Shown here: one piece after another, positions 36,530-48,151 of the stretch
Layout: the number at the start of each line of letters is the position of its first letter
How positions within the stretch are numbered: position 1 is the stretch's first letter
Source of the DNA: Mobula hypostoma
Taxonomy: Eukaryota
Reading direction: 5' to 3'
Assembly: GCF_963921235.1 (NCBI RefSeq)
Contig: NC_086097.1
Span: 14,756,001 to 14,820,000, forward strand
Length of the DNA: 64,000 bases
Made by a program: the position numbers and the translations under genes
The notes under the pieces: generated by a model
The model's input: only the letters and a program-made list of their open reading frames with translations
Told to the model about the DNA's origin: nothing
Databases searched by the model: none

Positions 36530-37330
36530 GAATAGAACACTACAGCACAGAAACAGGTACTTCAGCCCATCTAGTCTGTGCTGAACCATTAATCTGTTTA
36601 GTCCCATCAACCTGCACTTGGAGCATAGCCCTCCATATCCCTCCAACCCATGCACGTATCCAAATTTCTCTTAAATGTTGAAATTGAACCCACCTCCTGC
36701 ACCTGCGCTGCAGTTCATTCCACACTTTCTCCTCCCTTCAAGTGAACAGGTTCGCCTCACGTTCCCCTTAAACATTCTACTTTTCACCCCTATCCCATGA
36801 CCTCTACTTGTAGTCTCACCCAACCTTGGTGGAAAAATACTATCTACAACCCTCATAATTTTTTTATAGCTCTATCAAATCTGCTCTCAATCTTCTCAGT
36901 CTAGGGAACAAAATCTGAATTTATTCAAACTTTCCCTAAACTCAGGTCCTAAAATCCTGCCTCTGCACTCTTTCAATCTTATTCACATCTTTCCTGTACA
37001 TAGGTGACCAAAACTGCACACAATACTCCAAAATAAGCCTCAGCAAAGTATTACCTAGGAAGAGGTACAGTCCTTCGTCCTGACGAAGGGTCTCGGCCTG
37101 AAACGTTGACTGTACCTCTTCCTAGAGATGCTGCCTGGCCTGCTGTGTTCACCAGCAACTTTGATGTGTGTTATCCAAACTCCTTAACTCATTACATTGA
37201 TTTATAAAGGCCAATGTGCCCAAAGTTATCTTTGTGACGCTATCTACCTGTGAAAGCACTTTCAAGGAATTATGGATAGTATTGCCAGATTCCTCAGATC
37301 TGCTGCATTCCTCAGTGCCCTAATGCTCAC
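36530..37330 (-). mobile_element. CR1 3' fragment interrupted by a hammerhead unit
   Basis: Homologous to 54295-55150 and 3581-3900. Confidence 0.8.
37055..37172 (+). ncRNA. Minimal hammerhead motif enclosed by a perfect 18-bp stem
   Basis: GTC CTGACGA AGGGTCTCGGCCT GAAAC GTT GACTG; arms at 37055-37072 and 37108-37125. Confidence 0.65.
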
Positions 37331-37342
37331 CTCGTCAGATCT

Positions 37343-37443
37343 AGCAACACACACAAAATGCTGGAAGATCTCAGCAAGCCAAATAGCACAATGGAAAAGA
37401 GTAAACAGTCGACGTTTCAGACCGAGACCCTTCATCAGGACTC
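37343..37443 (-). ncRNA. Penelope-derived unit with an intact minimal type-I hammerhead motif
   Basis: Minus strand AGTC CTGATGA AGGGTCTCGGTCT GAAAC GTC^GACT; predicted cleavage between 37411 and 37410. Confidence 0.7.
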
Positions 37444-37542
37444 TGAGTGAAGTTAGAATTGGAGAGAGGAGTAGTAAAGCTGAAACGGTTGATGTCTCAT
37501 CTGCAGTTAGCAATGAAAAGATCCAGAGCAGGCAGAAGACCA

Positions 37543-40500
37543 GGAATCAGAATCAGGTTTTATTATCACCGCTATGTGACGTGAAATTTGTTAACAGCAG
37601 CAGCAATACATAATATAGAAGAAAAAATAATAAATAAAAAAAATAATTAACATAATAATAAATAAATAAATTACCTTACACATATATTGAACATATTAAA
37701 AAATGTGCAAAAATCAGGAATACTGTATATTTTTAAAAAGTGAGGTAGTGTCCAAGGTTTAATGTCCATTTAGGAATCGGATGGCAGAGGGGAAGAAGCT
37801 GTTCCTGAATTGCTGAGTGTGTGCCTTCAGGCTTCTGTACCTCCTACCTAATGGTAACAGTGAGAAAAGGGCATGGCCTGGGTGCTGGAGGGTTCCTTAA
37901 TAATGGACGCTGTCTTTCTGAGACACTGCTCCTGAAGGTGTCCTGGGTACCTTGTAGGCTAGTACCCATGATGGAGCCAACTAAGTAGCCCCCCCCCCCA
38001 TACCAGACAGTGATGCAGCCTGTCAGAATGCTCTCCACGGTACATCTATAGAAGTTTTTGAGTGTATTTGCTGATGTGCCAAATTTCTTCATAATGAAAT
38101 ATAGCTGCTGTATTACCTTCTTTCTAACTACATCGACATGTTGGGACCAGGTTAGATCCTCAGAGATCTTGACACCCAGGAACTTGAAACTGCTCACTCT
38201 CTCCACTTCTGATCCCTCTATGAGGATTGGTATGTGTTCCTTCATCTTACCCTTCCTGAAATCCACAATCAGCTCTTTCGTCTTACTGACATTGAGTGCC
38301 AGGTTGTTGCTGCGGCACCACTCCACTAGTTGGCATATCTCACTCCTGTACGCCCTCTCGTCACCACCTGAGATTCAACCAACAGTGGTTGTATCGTCAG
38401 CAAATTTATAGATGGTATTTGAGCTATGCCTAGTCACACAGTTCGTGTATATAGAGAGTAGAGCAGTGGGCTAAGCACACACCCCTGAGGTGCGCCAGTG
38501 TTGATTGTCAGCGAGGAGGATATGTTATTACCAATCCGCCCAGATTGTGATCTTCCAGTTAGGAAGTCGAGGATCCAATTGCAGAGGGAGGTACAGAGGC
38601 CCAGGTTCTGCAACTTCTCAATCAGGATTGTGGGAATGATGGTATTAAATGCTGAGCTATAGTCGATGAACAGCATCCTGACATAGATGTTTGTGTTGTC
38701 CAAGTGGTCTAAAGCTGTGTGGAGAGCCATTGAGATTATGTCTGCCATTGATCTATTGTGGCGATAGGCAAATTGCAGTGGGTCCAGGTCCTTGTTGAGG
38801 CAGGAGATCAGTCTAGCCATGACCAACCTCTCAAAGCATTTCATCACTGTCGATGTGAGTGCTACCGGGCGATAGTCAGAAAGGCAGCTCACATTTTTCT
38901 TCTTAGGCACTGGTATAATTGTTGCCTTTTTAAAGCTAGTGGGAACTTACGCCCGTAGCAGTGAGATGTTGAAAATGTCCTTGAATACTCGTGTCAGTTG
39001 GTTGGCACAGGTTTTCAGAGCCTTACGAGGTACTCCATCGGGAACTTCTGCCTTGCGAGGGTTCACTCTCTTTAAAGACAGTCTAACATAAGCCTCTGAG
39101 ACAGAGATCACAGGGTTATCAGGTGCAGCAGGGATCTTCACAGCTGTAGTTGTGTTCACCCTTTCAAAGCGGACATATGAGTTCATCTGGTAGTGAAGCA
39201 TCACTGCCATTCATGTGATTGGGTTTCGCTTCGTAGGAAGTAATGTCTTGCAGACCCTGCCAGAGTTGCCGTACATCCGATGTCACCTCCAGCCTCTTTC
39301 AAAATTGTCTCTTCGCCCTTGAAATAGCCCTCCGCAAATCATACCTGATTTTCTGGTACAGGCCTGGATCGCCAGACTTCAATGCCACAGATCTAGCCTT
39401 CAGCAGACGATGTACCTCCTGGTTCATCCACGGCTTTTGGTTTGGGAATGTACAGGAAGTCTTTGTAGGCACGCACTCGTCCACACAGGTTTTAATGAAG
39501 TCGGTAACGACTGCAGCATACTCATCCAGGTTTGAAGATGAATCCCTGAATACAGTCCAGTCCACCGATTCAAAGCAATCCTGTAGGAACTCCTGTGCTT
39601 TGCTTGTCCATACCATCTTGATCCTCAGTACTGGTGATGCAGTCTTCAGTCTCCGCCTATACTCAGGGAGTAGAAGTATGGTCAGGTGATCAGACTTCCC
39701 GAAGCGAGGGCGTGGAATAGCACGGTAGGCATTCTTGATGGTGGTGTAGCAAAGGTCCAGTGTGTTGTTTTCTCTGGTATTGCAGGTGATCTGTTGATGA
39801 TAATTGCTTAGTGATTTTTTTCCAGACTGGCCTGGTTAAAGTCTTCCAAAACAACGGTGAAGGCATTAGGATGCGCTGTTTCTTGTAGGTTGATCCCATT
39901 GCTCAGATGATCTAAAGTCTGTTTGACATTGGCCTGAGGTGGAATGTAAACTGCTACCAAAATGACCCTAGAGAACTCCTGTGGTAGTTAAAAAGGACAG
40001 CATTTAACTGCTGGATATTCCAGGTCTGGTGAGCAGAATTGGAACAGCATTGATATATTTCTGCACCAAGAAGAGCTGATCGTGAGGCATACTCCTCCAC
40101 CTCTGCTTTTGAGAAAATATAGATCTGTCCTGACGGTCTATAGTAAACTCGTCAATGTGAATCGCTGCATCCGGTACGGAAGGGGTTAACCAGGATTCTG
40201 TGAAACAGAGGACCCTTGCGGTCCTAATGTCCCTCTGATTCAGCACCCTAACTCTGAGATCATCGATCTTATTCACCGGAGACTGTACATTTGTCAGCAA
40301 GGTGGTTGGTATAGGGAGTTTAAAACCCCATTTCCTTAAATGCACTTGTAACCCCGCTCTGCACCCGTGCTTCCTCCATGGTGTCCTATGTGGGCACTTC
40401 CAACCATAATCGGTGTCGTTTCTGACAGTTTTAAGCAACAATAGTTTGTTTAAAAGCATTAAGATATCTTTGTTGACTGTACTGATCTTGGAAGCAGTTG

Positions 40501-40585
40501 TGCTTTTTAGCTGTATCAGGCTGAAACAAGAATATTTAATCGTATCCATTGAGAGTACTGCTGCTACTTGAGTCACACCTAGGTG
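37543..40585 (-). mobile_element. Near full-length Rex1/Babar LINE, frameshifted
   Basis: APE domain (LLTNVQS..NKIDDL..LCFTESWL), RT ([36 protein letters not shown]), C-terminus and (GATTCT)n tail. Confidence 0.95.
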
Positions 40586-40589
40586 CCCC

Positions 40590-41590
40590 AGAGGAGGAGG
40601 AGGAGGGCTGAAGATGGGAGAAGGAGTCAACGGTGTGGGCTGGAGAGTCTTTTACAAAGAAATAAGGATGGAAATGGAGGTGGTTGATGAAGAGCTCAGT
40701 GTCATAGCGGACGTGGAATTCACTGAGGTGTGGGCACAGAGGTACAAAGCTGAGGTCCTTACTGAGGACAGGATATTCTGCCTCAGAGAGGGGAAGGTCA
40801 GAGGGAATGGTGAAGACCCGGCACAGATGAGACCTGGGATCAGAGGAGGGGACAGGAGTTGGTAGTGTCTGAGGAGAGGGGAGTGTTGGGGTTTTCAGGA
40901 AGATGGAGTCTCCCATGATCCAAGAGCTGATGGTGGGACCTGAGAGACATGGGATTGCAGAGTGGTGCTGGAGGAAGGGGAGACTGGGGTTCCAGCAGCA
41001 GCACGCAAGATCCTGGCCTGGAGGTGTTGTCCAGGCTGGAGTCCGAGTTGGAGGTTGTGCAATAGACACTTTGAAGGTGTCCAAATTTGTCAGAACCTGC
41101 ATTGATGGTGGTGGAGACCGGTTCTGGATCTGCTTGGGATTGTTACGTCCATTGAGGTCAGCGGCACGGATCGCGGTCTGATGACATCCGTGCCTACTGG
41201 CGTTGGAGACGACAGGCTCTGTAAACTGTAGACGGGCGATCTTCCAATCCTTACTAAACGTGAGAATGGTGATTGAAAGTGTACTTCCAATGGAGGATAA
41301 AGTGTCAGACAGATCCATTGCAGGCAGCATAGAGAGAATCCCAGAGCTGTGGAAGCGGCTGGGACAGGAACCTCAGGTACCTCCTCCTGGCAGAAGGTGT
41401 GGTACATAAAATGTGGTGGGAGAAACAGTCGATTGAATGCGAGGTCTTGGAGTCCTCAGAGGGTTCGAATCAAGAAGTTTGAAAACTGATCTGGAACCCA
41501 TGTGACAAAAGATGACAGCAAGGACTCAACAGGTCAGGCAGTATCTATGGACAAGAGTAAACAGTCCACATTCTGGGCCAAGACCTTGTA
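40590..41590 (-). mobile_element. Penelope-like element N-terminal ORF remnant with a degenerate hammerhead/pLTR upstream
   Basis: RVFTIPSDLPLSEAE..VLSKDLSFVP motif (LSKGLxFxP-type) in ORF 40536..41330; 41510-41590 matches the hammerhead unit family. Confidence 0.75.
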
Positions 41591-42354
41591 CTAAATATCC
41601 CAAAAGTCATAAAGGTTTCAGCCCAGGTGAAGGTCACACAGGCAATGTGTATCTGTCCTGGTGTTGAATCCCTGTTGAAACTCTGTCATTCCATCTTCTT
41701 ACTCTTCTTCCATAACCTTCTACTTATTTTCTTCCTCAAGTATTTACCTAATTCTCTCTGAAATGTCATGATTGGCTTGCCTTTAGTAGTCACTTGTGGG
41801 CAATATACTCCCATTCAAAGAACATTTTGTATAAAAATACAGTCCCTTTTGAATCTCTCTGGTACACTAGTATTCACACAGTGTGATTTCCAAGCCACCA
41901 TACTTCAACTGCACTTGCTCATTGTTCTCAAGACTTCTGTAAATTAAAAAAAAAATCAATTCAACAAAATGCAGGTAATTGCCCGGGAATAATTTCCAGT
42001 CCTTTGTTTGTCTATCTACGCAAGCAAAGTACCGAAAGCTGTTGCAGAAAAGTGATCACAATCAAAGGTAGAACGAATGGTCTCTGCCTCCATATATGCG
42101 ACAGACATCTCTCTCTCACACTCACACACACATATGTGTTCATCAGATGTGGATCGCCAGGCTTGAGAATGACTTATTGCCGTCTCTTCTGAAAGTCCTG
42201 AGTTCTAAGTTCACTCCTGCAAAAAGCTGTAAGGGTGGAGTTAATGAATATTTCCAAAGCAGTGACTGACATACATGAAGTGCACAGTAGTGAAGCTGTT
42301 CGCATCTTGCTTTACAGCACCAGCTGTAAGATCAGGGTTCAGTTTTGTCTGTAA

Positions 42355-42833
42355 AGGCTGATTTATACTTGTGCGTCAAATGTACGCTGAAGGTACTGTG
42401 TGCCCTACACCGTAGGGTGACGTGCACCTCCCCAAAAATGTAACTCACGCGTCGCGGCGACGCAGACCGCAACAACTGTGATTGGTCCGCTTGGTAGCAT
42501 CGCATTTCCTCCTACGCATTTCCGATTGCTTTTCTCCGCCATGTCTGCGCACTGATGCGAAATAAATGGTTGGAGACGATGAACCAAATCGTCAAATTTA
42601 CCTGCTGACATCCGAAAATATTTGAAATGCATTTCCTCGTCCATGTCTCTCACGAAGAAACTCAACACAGTGGCACAGAAACCCCACTGCCAACTAGCGT
42701 TTTGGCGGTGAATTGCAGAGCGATGCAGACACAACTACGCATGCTCACTACGGCGTAGGGCTACACAAAAGTATAAATCAGGCCTACGGCATAGGCTGCA
42801 GCATAACCTGTACGCACAAGTATAAATCAGTCT
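42355..42833 (-). mobile_element. PIF/Harbinger non-autonomous transposon inserted in an HE1-like SINE
   Basis: 22-bp TIRs AGGCTGATTTATACTTGTGCGT and ACGCACAAGTATAAATCAGTCT; 3-bp TSD TAA; transposase piece [20 protein letters not shown]. Confidence 0.9.
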
Positions 42834-43614
42834 TAAGGAGTTTGTACGTGCTCCCTGTGACCACGTGGGTTTCCTCCAGATGTTTGAGCTTCTTCCTGCA
42901 TTCCAAAGACCAACAAATTAGGCTTAGAAAGTTATGGGTATGTGATGTTGGCACTGGAAGCAGGACAACACTTGTGGGCTGCTCCCAACATTTCAGAACC
43001 AGGTTTAATATCATTGGCACCAATCATGAAATGTGTTGTTATGCAACAGTACACTGCAATCCATAATAATAGATACTGAATTACAGTAAATTTAAAATTC
43101 AATTAAATAGGTTATGCAAAAAGAGGGTATAAAAGTAGTGAGATAGTGTTCGTGGATTCAATGTCCATTCAGAAATCTGATATCAGAGGGGACAAAGCTG
43201 TTCCTGAATCGTTGGTCATCGGGCTGCGTTGGTCAGCGACACAATATTTGCTGGCATCCTCACAAATGTTCCCTGCAGCTTCTTAGGTGTTCCATGCAGG
43301 GAGTTACTCATAATAATCTCAAGCGGCCTGTGATTACCGAACACACACATGCAGTTGTCTCATCTCATATGTGTAATATTGAATTTTTCCCAAACCAGAG
43401 ATCACAGCAAGTAGCTCTTTCTTAATTTATGCTTGCTTCAGTATGCTGCCGACCAACCATCCTGCAAAATTTGTGCTCCAAGTGTCCTCTCGGACACATC
43501 ACACATCAACTCCTTTTTAACATCATTGCAGCACAACATGGGCTCTGGTGTCACTGTTTGCGAGATTCCTTTCCACATTTGCTCATGGATGTCCAAGCAC
43601 CATTCCACAGCTCC

Positions 43615-44020
43615 GGCAACACACACAAAATGCTGGAAGAACTCAGCAGGTCAGGCAGCTTAAGTGGAAATGAATAAACAGTTGAGGATTTGAGCCAAGA
43701 CCACCTTCAGGAAGGAAGAGGGAAGACATCAGAATAGAAATGTGGGGGGAAGGGGCAGGACGACCAGCTAGAAGGTGATTGGTGAAGCCTGGAGTGGAGG
43801 GAAAGGTAATGGGCTGGAGAAGAAGGAATCTGATAGGAAAGGAGAGAGGACCATGTGAGAAAGGGAGAAAGGAGGGGCACCAGGTGAAAGTGATAGGCAG
43901 ATGAGGAGAAGAGGTAAGAGCCCAGAATGAGGAATAGAAGAAGAGGGAAGGGAGAGGGAAAAAATTACTAGAAGGAGAAATCGCTGTTCATGCCATCAGG
44001 TTGGAGGCTTCCTAGATCCC
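43615..44020 (-). mobile_element. Penelope-like 3' end with a decayed hammerhead
   Basis: LGSLQPDGMNSDFSF* at about 43970-44016; same UTR as 32643-33080. Confidence 0.75.
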
Positions 44021-44340
44021 TCCCTCCACACCCTAACCCTAACCCCTCACAAATGGGGCAGATGCTGAACCACACTGAGCTATGTAACAGTCAGCAGTTC
44101 TGGCATCTTCTTCACCCCCCCCCCCTTGATCTTGACTGGATCTAAGACACACCATCTCTGATGTTCAACTGAAAATTCTCCATTGCTGAGCTGATTCTAA
44201 ATAGCCTTCCCCAATGGAATAACATGTTGAAAAAAGTTAAACATGAACTCTCCTCATCAAACTCCACAGGCCAGAGATCATGCCTTCCATCCACAATAGT
44301 GAAAATATTTGCTCTGCTCAAGTCTGCCGAGCATCTGCCA

Positions 44341-44698
44341 GGTGTATAGGATAATGAGAGGCATTGATCGTGTGGACATTCAGAGGCTTTTCCCCAGGGC
44401 TGAAATGGCTAGCACGAGAGGGCACAGTTTTAAGGTGCTTGGAAGTAGGTACAGAGGAGATGTCAGGGGTAAGTTTTTTTACACAGAGAGTGATGAGTGC
44501 GTGGAATGGGCTGCCGCAATGGTGGTGGAGGCGGATACGATAGAGTCTTTTAAGAGACTCCTGGACAGGTACATGGAGTTTAGAAAAATAGAGGGCTATG
44601 GGTAACCCTAGGTAATTTCTAAGGTAAAAACATGTTCGGCACAGCTTTGTGGGCCAAAGAGCCTGTATTGTGCTGTAGATTTTCTAGGTTCTATGTTT
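44341..44698 (+). mobile_element. CR1 3' end
   Basis: Near-identical to 1320-1679. Confidence 0.9.
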
Positions 44699-44782
44699 TA
44701 TCATCTATTGTCTTTGTGGGATAGTGACTCCTCTTCTGAGATCCATTATGATCTCTTGAGTCAAATCATATTGACTGGCTTA

Positions 44783-45410
44783 TCAGAATCAGGTTTATTA
44801 TCACTGGCATGTGCTGTGAAATATGTTAACTTAGCAGCAGCAGTTCAATGCAATACATAACATAGAAGAAAAATAAATAAATATATTACAGTATATGTAT
44901 ATTGAATAGATTAAAAATTGTGCAAGAACAGAAATAATGTATATTTAAAATGTGAGGTAGTGTTCACTGGTTCAAAGTCAATTTAGGAATCGGATGGCAG
45001 AGGGGAAGCTGTTCCTGAATCACTGAGTGTGTGCCTTCAGGCTTCTGTACCTCCTACTTGATGGTAACAATGAGAAAAGGGCATGTCCTGGGTGCTGGAG
45101 GTCCTTAATAACGGATGCTGCTTTTCTGAGACATTGCTCCTTGAAGATGTCCTGGGTACTTTGTAGGCTAGTACCCAAGATGGTGCCAACTTCTTTCGGT
45201 CTTATTCAGTAGTCCCCTTCCCCACCCCACCCCCCCCCCATGCCAGACAATGGTGCAGCCTGTCAAAATGTTTTCCACGGTACGTCTATAGAAGTTTTTG
45301 AGTGTTTTTGTTGACATACCGAACCTCTTCAAATTCCTAATGAAGTATAGTCGCTGTCTTGCTTTCTTTATAGCTGCATCGGTATGTTGGGACCAGGTTA
45401 GGTCCTCCGA
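44783..45410 (-). mobile_element. Rex1/Babar 3' fragment
   Basis: SEDLTWSQH..KKARQRLYFIR..FYR..VENILTGC; homologous to 37543-38170. Confidence 0.85.
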
Positions 45411-45620
45411 AGTGATTTTTCTAACTTTCACCAAAGCCAGATATCCAGTTCTAGTCTTGTTGGCTAGGGTCAATCCCAACCCTAGACTGTCTCTCTCTAA
45501 ATTGTTACTAAGTTTCTCCATGCAAACCACAATAGCATGCCTTCATGGATTAAAGAACTTCTCATCTAACAAGGCATATTCCACTGAACAGAATTCAGAT
45601 TCATTTATTTATCATATATA

Positions 45621-46154
45621 TAGTACTGTGCAAAAATCTTAGGCAGATATATAGCTATGGTGCCTAAGACTTTTGCACAGTACTGTATTTGTCAATGTAG
45701 ACTGGAGAATATGGCAGGAGCGAAGGATGTTGGGAATGCTGAGGGAGGGGTGTGGAACAGGTGGTAGAGAAGCAGTGCCAGGGGTGGGGGGGTGGGGACG
45801 GGTTGGTAGGTTTGCTGCAGATGCAGACACATCCACTGACACACTAGGCAAGGTCATTTGATTCCATACAAATGGTTTATTGATCATTACAGAATGTCCC
45901 TCTGGTGCTTCCCGTTACCCTTCCCTCTCCCTTCTCCCTTTCCCAACCATGATTTCCCCTCTTCCCACCCCCTTCCCACTCTCAGTCCACAGTAGAGACC
46001 CATATCAGAATCAGGTTTATCAGCATCATGTACAGTGTGTCAGGAATTTGTTTTATTTTTGCAGCAGTACAATACATAAAATTACTACAGTGCTGTGCAA
46101 AAGCATTAGGTGCCCAAGCTATGTACATGTGCCTCAGAAATTTGTACGGTACTG
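45621..46154. mobile_element. Compound element: two Tc1-type hairpin mini-MITEs (45621-45685 and 46088-46154) flanking cargo
   Basis: Each unit resembles CAGTACTGTGCAAAAG..TTAGG...CCTAAGACTTTTGCACAGTACTG; TA on both outer sides. Confidence 0.7.
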
Positions 46155-46404
46155 TACATCAACACACGTAGTGAATTGTTTCGTTTGCGTTAACAGCCCA
46201 AGTTCAGGGTGGTGAAGCAGATGCCAAGCCTGATGGATGTTACACAGCTCTCAGGGGTTCATTGACAGCCCATCAATGGAAGGACCACCCCTGTCCGCCA
46301 ATGGAGTAGCAGTATTTTTCTGCTGCTCTTAGTTTTCTTTCTTTCCCCCTAGTTTAAGCTTTGAATTTAAAATTTTTACTTGTTGATTCTTGAGGGTGAT
46401 CAAT

Positions 46405-47241
46405 ATGTCTATGTCTAGAAGAAGTGGGAAGAATTTACCTGAACCTAGTGATAAAGGTAATGGGAAAGGAAAGGTGCTAAAGGAAAGATCTGATGAAATG
46501 CCATCGTGGGCTGAAGATATTGTTTGGACACTGAATTCAATCAAGGATCAGAATGGATCAACTAAAGACCAACTGGAAAAGAATAGTAATGAAATGAAGT
46601 CATTTCTGGGAAAACTTAAAGACCTGGAAACTCAAGTTATTTCACACGAAGAGGAATTGAAGATAACTAAGCAAAAGCTGTCTGAAGCTACAACTTGTTT
46701 GGAAAGATATCAAAATAAGATTATAGACCTGGAAACTAGGTCTCGACGAAGGAATATAACAATTGTTGGGCTGCAGGAGGGAGCTGAAGATGGAGATCTA
46801 ACAGCTTACTTTGGTAAGCTTTTCCACACTTTATTTCCTACCATTCTATCAAAGCTGCCTGCTATTGAAAGGGCACACAGGGCGTTTATCTCGAAATCGA
46901 AGGACTCTAGTAAACCAAGATCTGTTCTGGTTTGCTTTCATCACTTTAAAATTAAAGATCAAATAATACGACAGGCAAGAAAACAGAGAGTTTTTAGATT
47001 TATGGAATCTGAGCTCCACTTCTACGAAGATTATCCAAGAGAGATAATGGAACAAAGATCAAAATTTGCCCTGGTAATGAAACAAGCATATGATAAGAAT
47101 CTTTTCCCGTCTTTGAGGTATCCGACAAAACTTAAAATTTTCCCTCCCAATTCTCCTCCTCGTACTTTTTTTGATCCAAAAGCTGCACTGGATTTTGTTG
47201 AGGCTTTGCCTGCCGCTGTCACCGACACCGCTGTTGAATGA
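46405..47241 (+). CDS. LINE-1 ORF1p-like protein (coiled coil, RRM, CTD); open frame, no ORF2
   Basis: DLETRSRRRNITIVGLQEG, IERAHR, PRSVLVCF and FYEDY motifs; ATG at 46405; unit 46279-47238 is flanked by the direct repeat TGACAGCCC(C)ATCAATG. Confidence 0.85.
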   Translation: MSMSRRSGKNLPEPSDKGNGKGKVLKERSDEMPSWAEDIVWTLNSIKDQNGSTKDQLEKNSNEMKSFLGKLKDLETQVISHEEELKITKQKLSEATTCLERYQNKIIDLETRSRRRNITIVGLQEGAEDGDLTAYFGKLFHTLFPTILSKLPAIERAHRAFISKSKDSSKPRSVLVCFHHFKIKDQIIRQARKQRVFRFMESELHFYEDYPREIMEQRSKFALVMKQAYDKNLFPSLRYPTKLKIFPPNSPPRTFFDPKAALDFVEALPAAVTDTAVE

Positions 47242-48151
47242 CAGCCCCATCAATGAGAGACGTGGAATGGCGCTTGCAAATATGCAAAGGAATCAAAGCT
47301 AAGGTTGTGCTTGGGGCAGTCCGCAAGTGTCACCACACATTTCAGTGCCAACACATCATGTTCCCATGTCCGCAGAACACACAATCAACAACAACAAAAC
47401 AAAACAAGCCCCTTTCCTCCCTCCCACCCACCCACCTAAACACAGGCAGTCCTCTAACCCCATATGGCATTTGAATTAAAGTTTCCTTGCTCCCTGAAAC
47501 AAAAAAATATCTCCACATCCATCTGTTAGTATGGCTGAATGCTTGTGTTGAAACGGTCTTTGTGATCCTGTCATGGTGTATCTTTACCTGTCCCATCTGC
47601 TCTGTGGTGCTGCTTCCAACAGAGGTGTGACATTTTCTGGTCTACACTGATGAAACACGTATCTATAGCTCGCTTGACTCTTTGAGTTTGCAATCTTCAA
47701 GAGGATATGACACTGCCCGCCCATTTACAATCTTCCTGCACATTGCAAACTCATGAATTCATGGGCTTTAAGTGCTGTACCTTAAGATCGATTCTTCGCT
47801 TTGGGAGGATATTGTAATCTTAAACATCATTGATTATGATTGCACCAACAAGCATGGCATTGATACACCAAACGAGTGTTCTGGCCACAGAGGTAACCTC
47901 ATTTGGGAACTGATTCATTGGGTCCAGCTGATGCTCTGAGAATGACTTTGTCTCTGTCCCTGCATGGCTCATGTCAACTACTCCATGGATTTTGGGTTCT
48001 CTTCTCTCAGAATGGTTTGAGAAATCACCAGCCCATCGCCACCCACTGGTGCCCCTCCTCCTGCCCCTTCTTCCATGGTCTACTCTCCTCTCCTCTCCTC
48101 CTCCCCCATGCACCTGCCTTCCTCCTCACCTGGTCTCACCTATATCACTTG

